From Octopus bimaculoides (taxonomy: Eukaryota), in the NCBI RefSeq assembly GCF_001194135.2, contig NC_068989.1, forward strand, positions 72,034,113-72,098,112: DNA of 64,000 nt. Reading direction: 5' to 3'. Position numbers and translations under genes: made by a program. Positions 52,895 through 62,727 of this stretch are shown piece after piece (the first letter of the stretch is position 1; each line of letters starts with the position of its first letter). The notes beneath the pieces are model-generated. The model had not been told where the DNA came from, searched no databases, and saw only the letters and a program-made list of their open reading frames with translations.

Positions 52895-54208
52895 TTTGGT
52901 TTATTCATAACCTTATAAAATGGTCCCAATTAACCATGTAAAAATATGTACAAACCTGTTTACAAAATAGTGTTGGTTTCAACATTAGGTTTTTTTTTTT
53001 AATCTGTAGGCTAACAAGATTACCAGATTGAAATCTTCCATATCTATATCCAAATAAATGTATGTATGTCTGTGAGCATTTGTGTTTTTTTATTTACAAT
53101 ACCTTCACGGATGGGATAGTTCATTTGATGGATCAATTGCTTTTACACCTGGATGCCTTTCCGATGAGTAACCACTCAGCTATAAAGTAAAACGTCTCTC
53201 TCTCTCTCACTTGTTGTTTTTGTTCAGTGAATAAAACTAATAATTCTGTTCTAGCAGTCACATAATACAATCAGGTCATACTGTGTTTTCAAATCTAATA
53301 ATATATCCTCAGAAACAAAAATTAAACTAAGACTAAGTTGTACTACATATAGAAATAGACTAAAGTTTCTATGAGTATACTTACGCCAGAATAATAGGTG
53401 CAGTATGGAAGCACACTCTGTGAGAACAACTACTGACACACACACATCTTTATCTTTTGTCTTTTACTTGTTTCTAATAGTTTCAGCCATTAGACTGCAG
53501 CTGTGCTGGGGCACTGCCTTGACAGGTTTAGTGAAATAAATCGACCCCAGTACTTCTCTTTTAAAGTCTGGTACTTATTTCATTAGTCGCTTTTTGCCAA
53601 ACTGCTAAGTTATGGGGTCATAAACAAACCAACACCGAGTGTTATGCAGTGTTGGCAGACAAACACACACACATACCAAATGGGCTTCTTTCACTTTCCA
53701 TCAACCAAATCTTCTCAGAAGTTTTTGGTCCATTCAAGGCTCTAGTAGAAGACATTTGCCCAAGGTGCCATGCACTGGGCCTGAACTGAGAACCTTGTGG
53801 TTGGGAAGCAACTTCCTTACTAACCACACAGCCACATCAGCCCCTTATGTATCATGATCATAATGAAATGTATACACACATGAACATACATACAGATATG
53901 TGTTTGTGTTTGTGTATGCGTGTGTGTCTATATGTGCTATGAGTGTTGGTAGGAGGATGTACAACTAAATATGAGTATGCGATGTAATCAGTCAGAAACA
54001 TCTTTTCTATACTATATTTCATCCTCAAGTTTTGCTTATTTATGGTAAAAGTTGATTAGCTACAAAGCTGCTCATAAAAAAAGAAAAAAAAAAAGAAAAA
54101 ACATAGAAGACTTTAAGAAGATAACAAAGAAAGATACAAGTTTGCTTACCAATTACAGCATGTACACGCACATTAAGTTGTGTTCTTAGAATCATAGCAT
54201 TTTGCCGA
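618..54208 (-). CDS. FHOD3: FHOD-family formin (FH1/FH2 domain-containing protein), partial multi-exon gene: 13 exons, GBD/FH3 to start of FH2
   Basis: Exons join in consistent phase through GT-AG introns. The joined protein carries FHOD hallmark motifs: [84 protein letters not shown], polyproline FH1, [19 protein letters not shown]. Likely the single invertebrate FHOD1/3 orthologue. Confidence 0.95.
2201..2323 (-). CDS. Candidate alternative last exon [40 protein letters not shown]-stop
   Basis: ccctttgtctgtgccaagcag acceptor, phase-0 frame open to TAG at 2201-2203, locally raised GC; no transcript evidence. Confidence 0.3.
   Translation of the reverse strand, partial: TMCKALCKAGFCLPDADMVIGKSATKNASKACPPPQCSCC
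9130..9138 (-). CDS. FHOD3: Candidate in-frame 9-nt microexon GAAGTCGTG (EVV)
   Basis: ctaacag|GAAGTCGTG|gtaagg in a phase-0 intron; 106-nt AG-free zone with TGC/TGCATG motifs and an upstream pyrimidine tract. Confidence 0.55.
10195..10450 (+). mobile_element. Decayed RTE-clade LINE 3' fragment (second subfamily)
   Basis: [38 protein letters not shown] resembles the RTE WAGHVAR..W.PR..KR..GRP motif. Confidence 0.6.
12076..12967 (-). repeat. Head-to-tail array of about 4 copies of a ~200-bp SINE-like unit (family C)
   Basis: Repeating GGCACAAGGCCTGAAATTTT...GAAAGGATGAAAGGCAAAG...GAATTTGAACTCAG...CTGCCAGCT..CCGCCTT units, mostly separated by (AAT)n. Confidence 0.85.
15524..16476 (-). CDS. FHOD3: FHOD large exon (953 nt, phase 1 to 0): linker, FH1 polyproline tract and FH2 N-terminus (KKTLKLHW...[15 protein letters not shown])
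   Basis: Core of ORF 15311..16537; acceptor tatttttcag, donor gtgaaa; [13 protein letters not shown], poly-P runs and FH2 lasso. Confidence 0.95.
18693..19070 (+). pseudogene. Decayed Tc1-type transposase C-terminal (DDE) fragment
   Basis: FQHNRAPCH ~ FQQDNAPCH; [16 protein letters not shown] ~ WPAQSPDLNPIENLW; ends [16 protein letters not shown], the typical Tc1 terminus; catalytic D appears replaced by N. Confidence 0.85.
20539..20751 (-). CDS. FHOD3: FHOD linker exon (213 nt, phase 1 to 1): (Y)[70 protein letters not shown]
   Basis: Acceptor tttgatatgcag with branch-like ctaac upstream, donor gtaaga; open frame, phase fits. Confidence 0.82.
24004..24140 (-). CDS. FHOD3: FHOD linker exon (137 nt, phase 2 to 1): (Q)[45 protein letters not shown]
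   Basis: Acceptor cttccaacacag, donor gtaagt; phases fit both neighbours. Confidence 0.82.
25711..25857 (-). CDS. FHOD3: FHOD linker exon (147 nt, phase 2 to 2): (R)[48 protein letters not shown]
   Basis: Acceptor acatttag, donor gtaagt; open frame continues from previous exon; RKSRR resembles FHOD RRSRRHS. Confidence 0.85.
26769..26830 (-). CDS. FHOD3: FHOD exon (62 nt, phase 0 to 2): [20 protein letters not shown]
   Basis: Acceptor actttcacag, donor gtaagt; ALRHEDG motif ends FH3. Confidence 0.92.
27433..27576 (-). CDS. FHOD3: FHOD exon (144 nt, phase 0 to 0): [48 protein letters not shown]
   Basis: Acceptor cttctttgcag, donor gtaagt; lies in ORF 27394..27594. Confidence 0.95.
27790..28160 (-). 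mobile_element. Composite SINE (family D head, central TA/TG microsatellite, family E tail); further copies at about 14311-14693 (+), 37848-38225 (-), 53449-53830 (-); solo heads at 15135-15290 (-), 26245-26420 (+), 42735-42870 (-), 48240-48390 (-)
   Basis: tRNA-like head TGGCTGTGTGGT..GGTTCAGT.CCACTGC, then GGCAAGTGTCTTCTACTATAG..GGATTTGGTAGACGGAAACTGAAAGAAGCC; the same head-microsatellite-tail order in four copies. Confidence 0.8.
29254..29348 (-). CDS. FHOD3: FHOD exon (95 nt, phase 1 to 0): (G)[31 protein letters not shown]
   Basis: Acceptor ctatgtttag, donor gtatgt; matches FHOD KPWSNIMEILEEK...ELLVYAMTLVNK. Confidence 0.94.
29660..30840 (-). repeat. Head-to-tail array of about 5-6 family C units
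   Basis: Same unit repeated with (AAT)n spacers; box B-like GAGTTCAAATTC on the minus strand. Confidence 0.85.
31325..31520 (-). mobile_element. Possible Penelope-like terminal-repeat relic
   Basis: Minus strand TTGAAGAGCGTAGCTCGAACCGTC resembles a degenerate minimal hammerhead core; CpG-rich island flanked by (TA)n. Confidence 0.35.
31669..31876. mobile_element. piggyBac-like MITE (CCCT...AGGG ends); related copies at about 21058-21282 and 23197-23400
   Basis: Shared ~210-bp body in three places; copies start TTAACCCTT, and this one has degenerate TTAA flanks. Confidence 0.55.
33416..33527 (-). CDS. FHOD3: FHOD exon (112 nt, phase 0 to 1): [37 protein letters not shown]
   Basis: Acceptor tttttgcag, donor gtaagt; lies in ORF 33339..33662. 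Confidence 0.95.
34149..34366. mobile_element. Second piggyBac-like MITE; partial reverse copy at about 40180-40280 ending AAAGGGTTAA
   Basis: TIRs CCCTTTAGTGTTTAAA and TTTGAACACTAAAGGG (15/16). Confidence 0.6.
34570..35175 (+). repeat. Family C array in the opposite orientation (spans an N gap)
   Basis: Starts GAAGGCGGTGAGCTGGCAG, contains GAGTTCAAATTC, ends GTAGAAAGGATAATTATT. Confidence 0.8.
35580..36005 (+). mobile_element. Decayed RTE-clade LINE 3' end with (GAT)n tail
   Basis: Broken translation [43 protein letters not shown] resembles the RTE C-terminus; ends acccatg...gatgatgatg. Confidence 0.65.
36825..37745 (-). repeat. Head-to-tail array of about 5 family C units
   Basis: Same unit with AAT spacers. 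Confidence 0.85.
38927..39142 (+). mobile_element. 5'-truncated R4/Dong-like (RLE) non-LTR retrotransposon 3' end inside (TAA)n
   Basis: 38928-39044 encodes [38 protein letters not shown]-stop, resembling the QKxxLLGTAxILRK terminus of RLE elements; AAT repeats on both sides. Confidence 0.7.
40421..40515 (-). CDS. FHOD3: FHOD exon (95 nt, phase 1 to 0): (A)[31 protein letters not shown]
   Basis: Acceptor ttattttccag, donor gtaagt; lies in ORF 40403..40801. Confidence 0.95.
42079..42184 (-). CDS. FHOD3: FHOD exon (106 nt, phase 0 to 1): [35 protein letters not shown]
   Basis: Acceptor ctacag, donor gttaga; conserved FH3 sequence. Confidence 0.95.
43066..43133 (-). CDS. FHOD3: FHOD exon (68 nt, phase 1 to 0): (E)[22 protein letters not shown]
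   Basis: Acceptor tttatag, donor gtaaat; near-identical to FHOD FH3 motif. Confidence 0.95.
49873..50207. mobile_element. Non-autonomous hAT (Charlie-like) element, 335 bp, with 8-bp TSD GGTTAGGG
   Basis: TIRs CAGTGTTTCTCAACC and GGTTGAGAAATGTTG (12/15); identical 8-mers at 49865-49872 and 50208-50215. Confidence 0.85.
50316..50826 (-). repeat. Family C units (about 3), following the nested SINE/hAT insertion
   Basis: GAACTCAG...GCTAAGCATTTTGTC...AGCTCACTGCCTTAATAATAAT. Confidence 0.75.
51862..52170. repeat. Long compound (TA)n/(TG)n microsatellite
   Basis: Direct inspection; many shorter (TA)n, (TG)n, (GA)n, (AAT)n and (GAT)n tracts occur throughout. Confidence 0.95.
52372..52475 (+). mobile_element. 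Possible Nin/Deu-domain SINE 3' fragment with (CAA)n tail
   Basis: GACCGGCATCCTGTTCA...GAAACCGG..TATGAGCC resembles the Deu/Nin central domain as recalled, not aligned. Confidence 0.35.
54150..54208 (-). CDS. FHOD3: FHOD exon (59 nt, phase 2 to 1): [19 protein letters not shown]
   Basis: Acceptor tcttatttccag, donor gtaagc; matches FHOD IILRTQLSVRVHACIE motif. Confidence 0.92.
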
Positions 54209-54334
54209 CTGGAAATAAGAAAATTTACATTAATATCTTCCAAAGCAAAGGTTAATAAAATTCAACAAAACAATAAAAGCTTTTATAGTTTGAAGATTTT
54301 ATGTGTTTATATCTATCTTTCTATCTACCTGTAT

Positions 54335-54381
<47 letters not shown>

Positions 54382-54383
54382 TG

Positions 54384-54472
54384 TTGTTGACAGTGACTTC
54401 GAAGTTTCATCCAGTTAAGCTATTGTCCAGCAATGGCTTAACTGGCTGAAACTTTGAAATCACTGTCAACAA
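54384..54472. other. Near-perfect 42-bp hairpin with 5-nt loop
   Basis: Arms 54384-54425 and 54431-54472 match at 38/42 positions as reverse complements. Confidence 0.9.
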
Positions 54473-54605
54473 TAGTCTTGTATAAAAATAATAAATTTGT
54501 ACTCTACAAAAGCATAGAGTATCCCATCAGATTAATGTAAAATTGTTTTCATTATAACTGAACATAAAAACAAACAATCTATCTGGCTGTCTGTCTGTCT
54601 GTGTC

Positions 54606-54651
<46 letters not shown>

Positions 54652-57096
54652 TATATATTTATGATATATATACACATAGTTATATAACGATGTGTATATA
54701 TATTATATACCTGCATTATTATATATATAATATATACATATATAATAATATATATACAAATTATACACACATCTATCTATCTTAATTTATGTGAGATGAA
54801 TAAGGTCTATATAACTAAAACTATGCTTTTGTTTAGATGGTTGACTGCAAACACCTATGGGTTTGAAAGATTGCTTTCAAACCCAGTGTTGTTATGCTTG
54901 ACTGATCTGCTGAACAAAACAACAGTTTGAGTTATGTAATCCATTCTTTCTTATGTCACATAAATTTGCATACATGACTTCACAGAATAACAATGTAAGT
55001 TTGTAATCCATATTATTGTAACATTGCATAAGCAAAAATGACAGACTGGCAGACAGATATAGATATAAACACACACATATCCTCATTATTCAGTTTTTGT
55101 GTTATTCAGTTGTTATGACAAAAAAAAAAATATACATATATAATTATTTATTTAATTGACTTGTGAAATCTTAATCCTGTTAAAAAATAATTTCATTATT
55201 AGATTAAAATTCCAATTATAAGTTCAACAATTAAAAAAAATTAATTAAAAAGTTTCTCATATTGTACAGCTAAACAAATAAGGCCAGAATTTTGTATGTG
55301 TATATATATATCATCATCATTGTCATACTATGTAACACAAATTAAAAATTTTTGGTCTATAAATGTTGCTAATTATATCATAATTCATGAGAAAGTTTAT
55401 TTGTATACAAACAATTGATTTTTGACACCATACATACAACCAATCATATTTCTTCAAATATCGCATAGTCTGGATGAAGCTTTCATATTTTTGATGTCTC
55501 TTCAGAATTATGCTACACATCCTGGCCTGAAGTATGTTTTCCAGGCTATAAGTCATCCTCATCATCAGTAGTAACAACAGCATTATCCTCATTCTTAAAT
55601 TCACTTTTTCATGCTTGTAGGTTCTCTTTTTATCCATGTTAGTATGACTTGCATGAGTGTGTAATATAACATCTTTCAATATATTGTGATCTTTTCTTCT
55701 GCAATTTCTATGATTTTTAGACATCTAACTGAAATATTTCTTGGTCTATTTCTCTACTATGTGTTTCTTTCAACCTCCAGCTTGCAGTAATCTTTCACCA
55801 GATATGTATCATTCTAAAATGATCATCTCTCTCTTTATAGAGAACACCAAAATGTTCTTTATATATATATATATATATATATATATCATCTCATTTATGG
55901 AAGATAACTCTCTTCAATCACACTCACACATTATCCTTCATTCCAAAGGAAAAAGATAAGCAACCATGACATTGGTATCGTCAAAACTTCAAAGCAATAG
56001 AAAAGCAGAAAGTAAAAGACAATATTTACTTGTACTTGATTCAGAACAAAATTTAACATGTTTGGGTGAACAATTTTTTTTTTATCCATTCATAAAATGT
56101 ATTTAGTCCTTCTGGGACCATATTTTTAATACACAATCTAAAATAATCAAATATGGTTTGAAAAATCTAAAAATAATTAAAAAATTGAAAAAATTGAGAA
56201 AAAATATAACTAACTTATGCTATTAAGTGGGTTTTCAGAACATAAGTATTTAGTTTTCTATTATTTTTTTTTTTACTGGGAAAGAATACAGAATAAAACA
56301 TTGTGACAAGTTTACATAAATCTATATGGTGTAACATTACATGGAGTGGAATCTACAATTTCCTGTAATTCAGACTGCATCATGGCCCTAGCAGGCAAAA
56401 TGGAAAAGATGTTGCTCAGAGGTTGATGAGGAAGATGTGCTGGAACAGCTGCTCTGACTTATGGGGCTTGCACTTGAAGATAGCCATCTCCATCCTAATA
56501 ACAGTGAGCAGGGATATGATCTGGGGGCTGAGAGCACTGAAGATCTCCACTTCGACCATAAACCTCTCAGAGAGAGGCTGATTCCTTGACAGTTTGCTTT
56601 TCTCAGCCAGATGAACAGCAGAGCCTGGGCTGGTAGCTGAACACACCAAGTTGCCATTGGAGAAGGTGTCACAGCATGTAGCATCTCAGATGAGGGGGCC
56701 ACTCTTACATAAAATTATGACAGGAATGTATGATTTAAATGTAAATTCTTTAAAATAAAAGATTTTGCATTGTAGAAACAGAGGTGAACTCAGGAGAGTT
56801 GGTTTTGAAAGATTTAAACTAGAGAAACATGGCTATGGAAAAAAAAAAATTCAACAACTTTGGTTTAAAATCTTTTCATTTTTTGTTTTACTTGTTTACA
56901 AAAATTTGAATGTAACACATGTAATTAAAGATGAAAAAAACAAAAATCTTTCTTGAACAATATCCAAGTTCTTCTCAAAAACTTAGTTGGAAAATAACAA
57001 GACAATAAATACAGTTTCTGTGAAAGTTGTATTGTATAATTTTGTCCAGATAACAACTATTTGTGAAAAGATGTTTGTGCCAGAGATCATAATAAA

Positions 57097-57899
57097 NNNN
57101 NNNNNNNNNNNNNNNNNNNNNNNNNNNNNNNNNNNNNNNNNNNNNNNNNNNNNNNNNNNNNNNNNNNNNNNNNNNNNNNNNNNNNNNNNNNNNNNNNNNN
57201 NNNNNNNNNNNNNNNNNNNNNNNNNNNNNNNNNNNNNNNNNNNNNNNNNNNNNNNNNNNNNNNNNNNNNNNNNNNNNNNNNNNNNNNNNNNNNNNNNNNN
57301 NNNNNNNNNNNNNNNNNNNNNNNNNNNNNNNNNNNNNNNNNNNNNNNNNNNNNNNNNNNNNNNNNNNNNNNNNNNNNNNNNNNNNNNNNNNNNNNNNNNN
57401 NNNNNNNNNNNNNNNNNNNNNNNNNNNNNNNNNNNNNNNNNNNNNNNNNNNNNNNNNNNNNNNNNNNNNNNNNNNNNNNNNNNNNNNNNNNNNNNNNNNN
57501 NNNNNNNNNNNNNNNNNNNNNNNNNNNNNNNNNNNNNNNNNNNNNNNNNNNNNNNNNNNNNNNNNNNNNNNNNNNNNNNNNNNNNNNNNNNNNNNNNNNN
57601 NNNNNNNNNNNNNNNNNNNNNNNNNNNNNNNNNNNNNNNNNNNNNNNNNNNNNNNNNNNNNNNNNNNNNNNNNNNNNNNNNNNNNNNNNNNNNNNNNNNN
57701 NNNNNNNNNNNNNNNNNNNNNNNNNNNNNNNNNNNNNNNNNNNNNNNNNNNNNNNNNNNNNNNNNNNNNNNNNNNNNNNNNNNNNNNNNNNNNNNNNNNN
57801 NNNNNNNNNNNNNNNNNNNNNNNNNNNNNNNNNNNNNNNNNNNNNNNNNNNNNNNNNNNNNNNNNNNNNNNNNNNNNNNNNNNNNNNNNNNNNNNNNNN
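57097..57899. other. Assembly gap (largest); others at 2581-2590, near 10527-10536, 26905-26954, 34699-34894, 39222-39467, 46234-46243
   Basis: Runs of N. Confidence 0.99.
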
Positions 57900-57963
57900 A
57901 CAAACTATAAATTTATTTAATCCAATACAATAAAAAATCTTGAATTATTATTTTTAGGTAATA

Positions 57964-58337
57964 TTGGGTTGTCCAGAAAGTTTGTGCCGATTTATAGTAG
58001 TTTACCTTTCGACTTATTTTAGAACATGGTTGAGTCTATAAAACAGGATTTGACTACACCTCCACTTAGAGCACAGTTTAAGCTATCTTTTCGTAGAAGA
58101 AGGTTTATGTTCCTATAACCTGTGTTAATTCTGCAACCCTTTAAAATGGAAGATGAGAAAGTTCATTTTTGGCACTTGATGCTTTTCTTTTTCCGTAAAG
58201 GGAAAAATGCCTCACAAGCAACCAAAGAAACATGCGCAGTTTACGGTGATGTTTCTTTATCTGAAAGAACTGTACGGAAGTGGTTCGTAAGGTTCCGAGC
58301 AGGAGATTGTAGCCTTATTGATAAAGAGCGATCAGGT
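57964..58337 (+). mobile_element. Mariner element 5' fragment (left TIR and HTH-encoding region), 3'-truncated
   Basis: TA then TTGGGTTGTCCAGAAAG TIR-like start; ATG 58146 gives MEDEKVHFWHLMLFFFRKGKNASQATKETCAVYGDVSLSERTVRKWFVRFRAGDCSLIDKERSG, a mariner N-terminus; similarity ends at ERSG. Confidence 0.88.
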
Positions 58338-58985
58338 GCTAAACAACATTTTTCAATTTACAGTTTTAAGTAGACTGGACATTGAGAGCAAAGCATTTTC
58401 CCAGACAAACAGTGTAGTGTCACTGGTGAGGTATGAACCAACAAGCATTTGACTGAGAGGCTAACAGCCTATCAACTTGCTCAGCTGAAACTCTTGACAT
58501 TTATGTAACTTACATAATTGCATACACTGTAAAAATATAAAAATAATACAACTGTTGGGTAAATAAACTGCAGTTTAAAAATTTCAGCAAATTTTAGTCA
58601 CTTTTGGCTCAAGTTTGACTAAAATAAAAATAACATTACTTTTGATGTTATTTGTACCCTTTTTCATCTGAAGTAATTTTCATAGAAAATTACCAGAATA
58701 CTTATTGTGCCTATTGCTATGTGAAAGGTTAAGCTTATCTGGGCTTTTTGTAATTTTAAATAAAAGTATTTAAATCTCAGTTTAAAAGCAAGCAAACTAT
58801 TATGTGAAACTATAACTACATGTTTAACAGAATGTCAGTTTGTTGGAAATATAACACTTAAAATTAATATCTATTTGTATTTACAGCTTCCACAGCTGGG
58901 AAAATTTAATAAAATTTGTGATTAATCCTTTAAACATCAACAAATTTTATGGTGTTTTGAGAATTTATAATGTTCATAATTTCAA

Positions 58986-59040
<55 letters not shown>

Positions 59041-60250
59041 TTATTTTCCTTAAAAACCCAGGTAGAAACTTCACCTGTCTGTTCTGCTTAGAATTACCTC
59101 ATTAGGACAAGATATTATAATTATACACGTCAACAATAACCTAGACTAGATTTTAGCTTAAGTAGTACATTCTATAAGTGAGATACCAAATCAAGAATTC
59201 AAGTTAAAAAGAAGTTTCTGAATCAACATTTGCAAATCAAATCCTAAAACACATGAAAAAGTGGGAAAAAAGAGGAAAAAGAAGAAATATTATATCAGCC
59301 AGATGGCTGGTTGTGAACATGCCTCCAATAGAGTGTAGCTATGGAATAATGAGCTGAGAAAATGTCAAAAAAGAATAACATAAAATGACTAGGTTCTTGG
59401 GAACTTAAAACTGATTTGTAACATTTATTAATGTCAATGCTTGAGGGAAATAGATTATTATCATTATTTGTCTGAAAGCTATAGGTTATTTATCTATGGG
59501 GACATAAAAAAGATTTTCAAAAAATCTTGTCTGTTCACTAAGATTTTATTCAGCATTAAAGCTTTCAAAGTGGCAAGAATTTTCTATGGGATAATTAAGA
59601 GAGAAGAAAATATTTTTAGACTCATGTTAAAGTTACATGAGAGTGTTCTAATTAATTTCTGAATAAATACAGTGAACAAAAATAACTATCGAAAGTAAAT
59701 TTCAATCATTCAAAGTTACACTAAAAAGAAAACTAAGTGACATAATTTGGGGTTGGAAAATACAAGAACTGAAATGATGTATAAACGTTTTCAGAGATGA
59801 AATTTTCTTGAGAGCTAATGTGTAAATCAGTTAACTTACACAAGACGAGTTAAAAAAGGATGAAAATAAAAGGTGAAGTAAAGGTTTCAGAATCAAAAGT
59901 ACTTTTTTACTGGTTTCAGCCATTTGGATGTGACCATACTGCAGCAGCATGGCTATGAAATATATTGTGGTTGAAGAAAGAACTGCTCAAATTAAATACA
60001 CATCAGTATGGAAAAAAGGAGGCTGAACAGAATATTTTGATTTATTTCTAAGTCATAAACAGTACAATATTAAAAGAAAACATTCCTTTCAGACTATTTC
60101 GACAGACAGTATATTGGAATAATTTGGTATTACTTATTAAATATAGCTGCAGTCCAATGACTGAAACATGTTAAAGATAAAAAATAAGAGATTTTAATTT
60201 AAAACTGATTGAATGGTAAAAATAAGCTTATAGTTTAAACAAAGTGAAAA

Positions 60251-60500
60251 GTATGGAGGTGTCTATCTCCTTGGTGGTGTGACCACATCTGGTCAGATGT
60301 TTGTGGAAGGAAGATGCATTGGTGGCGAGAAGCTCCTTAATTGAGAAGTAGAGTGGTCAGTCTGTGCTACTGATGTAGTGGTTGTTGCATTTGGAGCATT
60401 ATGTTTGGTATTAAGGAGAATCTCACCACCACCGTGTTCTCCTTTTACAAGCACTTGACCAGATGTGGCCACACCACCAAGGAGATAGACACCTCAATAC
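60251..60500. mobile_element. Fold-back MITE-like element with 90-bp inverted arms
   Basis: 60251-60340 is the imperfect reverse complement of 60411-60500; TA at 60252-53 and 60498-99 may be the TSD. Confidence 0.7.
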
Positions 60501-62006
60501 TAGTCTGGCAAAGTGAAATTTTTATAATATATAATACTTATGAAAGAATAAAAATGTATGAATTCAGTGGGCCTTCAACCTATTTTTTCTCATTGATACA
60601 ATGAGGAGAAGGTTTGAGTTCTACTGTGTTTCACTATTTTATTCTCTTTCATATCTATTCTGTATAGCAACACTTTGTTTATAATGTAAACATGGTAATT
60701 ATTGTATTGACCTTGGAGGACCTGTGAAGGCAATGGGCAGGACCCTTTCTACCAGACCCAACCAATTCAGAAAAAAAAAAAAGTACTATTAAGTATTTAG
60801 TTGCACTATATTAAAATAAACAAAAGTAACAAAATGATAATAAAAATCATCTTTCTAGATTACATTTCTCTTGTAAAACTACTCAAATAAGGAATGAAAG
60901 AAATGAAGTTTTAACAGTAATTCATAGTAGCAACATCAAAACAAAATAACAAATATAACACCACCACCCACCACCTACTATCACTGCTCATTGTCAACTA
61001 ATAGTAGAATAAATATATTATATTTCAATTTATTTTCTGAATAGGCATTTCAAGAAATTTTCAGCTTCAGACTTTTGATTAACTGACAAGAGATAAAAAA
61101 AAAAGTATTTCACAGACTATTTCTTTGTTAAAAATATTATCTAATGACATTCTCAATATTATAAATGGAAAAAATGAAATTTCGTTCAACAAAAGATTTC
61201 ATTGCTGAGATGATAGTGTTGTAGTGTTGGTAGCTGATATTGTCAGATTTAATTCTTTTCAATTCTAAAGCTATGGCAAATGGTTATGACTGTTATTGAA
61301 TTTTGATACAGTTTTGTTTGTTGATTGTGTAGTGAATGATTCTATTTTTGTAGATCAACAAAATGTATAATCTTGTATATTTACTTAGCGATTCTTTCAT
61401 CATTTCAGTAGGTACAGTGTAGGCTATGCTTAACTGATGAAGTAAGAATAACAATGAAAAAGAAGCATAACTGAAGTTATCAAGTGGAAAAATAAAAACA
61501 ACCTTAGTCAATGATTAGCAGTTTTTCCCTCACGGTATGATTATTTCTAATTAGCCTTTTAAAAATGCTAATACTCATTTAACTATTCATAACAGGTACA
61601 CACTAGTGTTTACGTGCATAAATATAATTGCCAGTGATAATCATAATAATCATAATTATTCACAGCTTGCAATATGGCAGAAAAAATATATGCTAACCAT
61701 AAATAAACCATGCTAAATAAGCTTAAGTTATGCTAAAAAAGCTAAAGTTAGAAATATTACCTAAACTGTATTATTTTATCTAAATATAATTGAAATTACA
61801 AATAAACTTCCATTAACTAATAACAATAAGGTTGTAGGGGTGTTATGCTTTCTTCTAATATATACAAAAATGATGAAAATGTTGAAAGTGTATTTTTGTA
61901 GTGTTAAACCGTATTGAACCCACATACAATAGTTAGCTTGTATGTTTGTTCACAGCCACAGTAATGTGATAATGCTGAAGTAGGAGGCTGTCAAAAACCA
62001 AATAGA

Positions 62007-62084
62007 AAATGAATGTGTAAGTGACAGTAGGGTAAGTAAAATGAATGTAAGTGACAGTAGGGTAAGTAAAATGAATGTAAGTGA
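62007..62084 (+). repeat. 30-bp minisatellite, about 2.5 copies
   Basis: ATGAATGTAAGTGACAGTAGGGTAAGTAAA repeated in tandem. Confidence 0.85.
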
Positions 62085-62340
62085 AAGGATGAGGTGTGTA
62101 TCACATTGCTTTAATTTTAGCTCTAATACAATGTATTACAATGTTTTACAAGGTAATATTTTTATATATATAAAAATAAAAATAAAAAGATTCAACACTC
62201 AATTTTGTTTGACCAGGTGTGCTATTTTCTATAATGCACTAGTAAACAATAACAAAACCTAAATTCTCAAAATGCTTTTACTTGAATGACTGTTACACCC
62301 TTGTAACTCAAGATTATTGCTTACATATAAACTTGAAAGT

Positions 62341-62727
62341 GGAGGCGCAATGGCCCAGTGGTTAGGGCAGTGGACTCGCAGTCATAGGATTGCGGTTTCA
62401 ATTCCCAGACCGGGCGTTGTGAGTGTTTATTGAGCGAAAACACCTAAAGCTCCACGAGGCTCCGGCAGGGGATGGTGGCGAACCCTGCTGTACTCTTTCA
62501 CCACAACTTTGTCTCACTCTTAATTCCTGTCTCTGTTGTGCCTGTAATTCAAAGGGTCAGCCTTGTCACACTGTGTCATGCTGAATATCCCCGACAACTA
62601 CGTTAAGGGTACACGTGTCTGTGGAGTGCTCAACCACTTGCACGTTAATTTCATGAGCAGGCTGTTCCGTTGATCGGATCAACTGGAACCCTCGACGTCG
62701 TAAGCGACAGAGTGCCAACAACAACAA
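62341..62727 (+). mobile_element. Full-length tRNA-derived SINE (family A here); other copies at about 41262-41560 (+), 25130-25455 (-), partial 49848-50315 (+)
   Basis: Box A-like TGGCCCAGTGG and box B-like GGTTTCAATTCC head, shared CCTGTAATTCAAAGGG.CAGCCTTGTCAC body, (CAA)n tail. Confidence 0.8.

Noticed and set aside
55323-55724. 133-aa ORF and an acidic alternative frame vaguely like a piggyBac N-terminus
   Set aside because: Multiple stops and no recognisable motif; cannot support a call.
56983-57910. Long ORFs of about 306 aa (also 39163-39899 and 34596-34918)
   Set aside because: Almost entirely N-gap translation.
62007-62084. Repeat structure (also family C arrays) superficially like CRISPR
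   Set aside because: Eukaryotic locus, no unique spacers, no cas genes; ordinary minisatellite and SINE arrays.
62341-62415. tRNA-like sequence
   Set aside because: It is a SINE head with box A/B motifs running into a repeat body; no complete cloverleaf.
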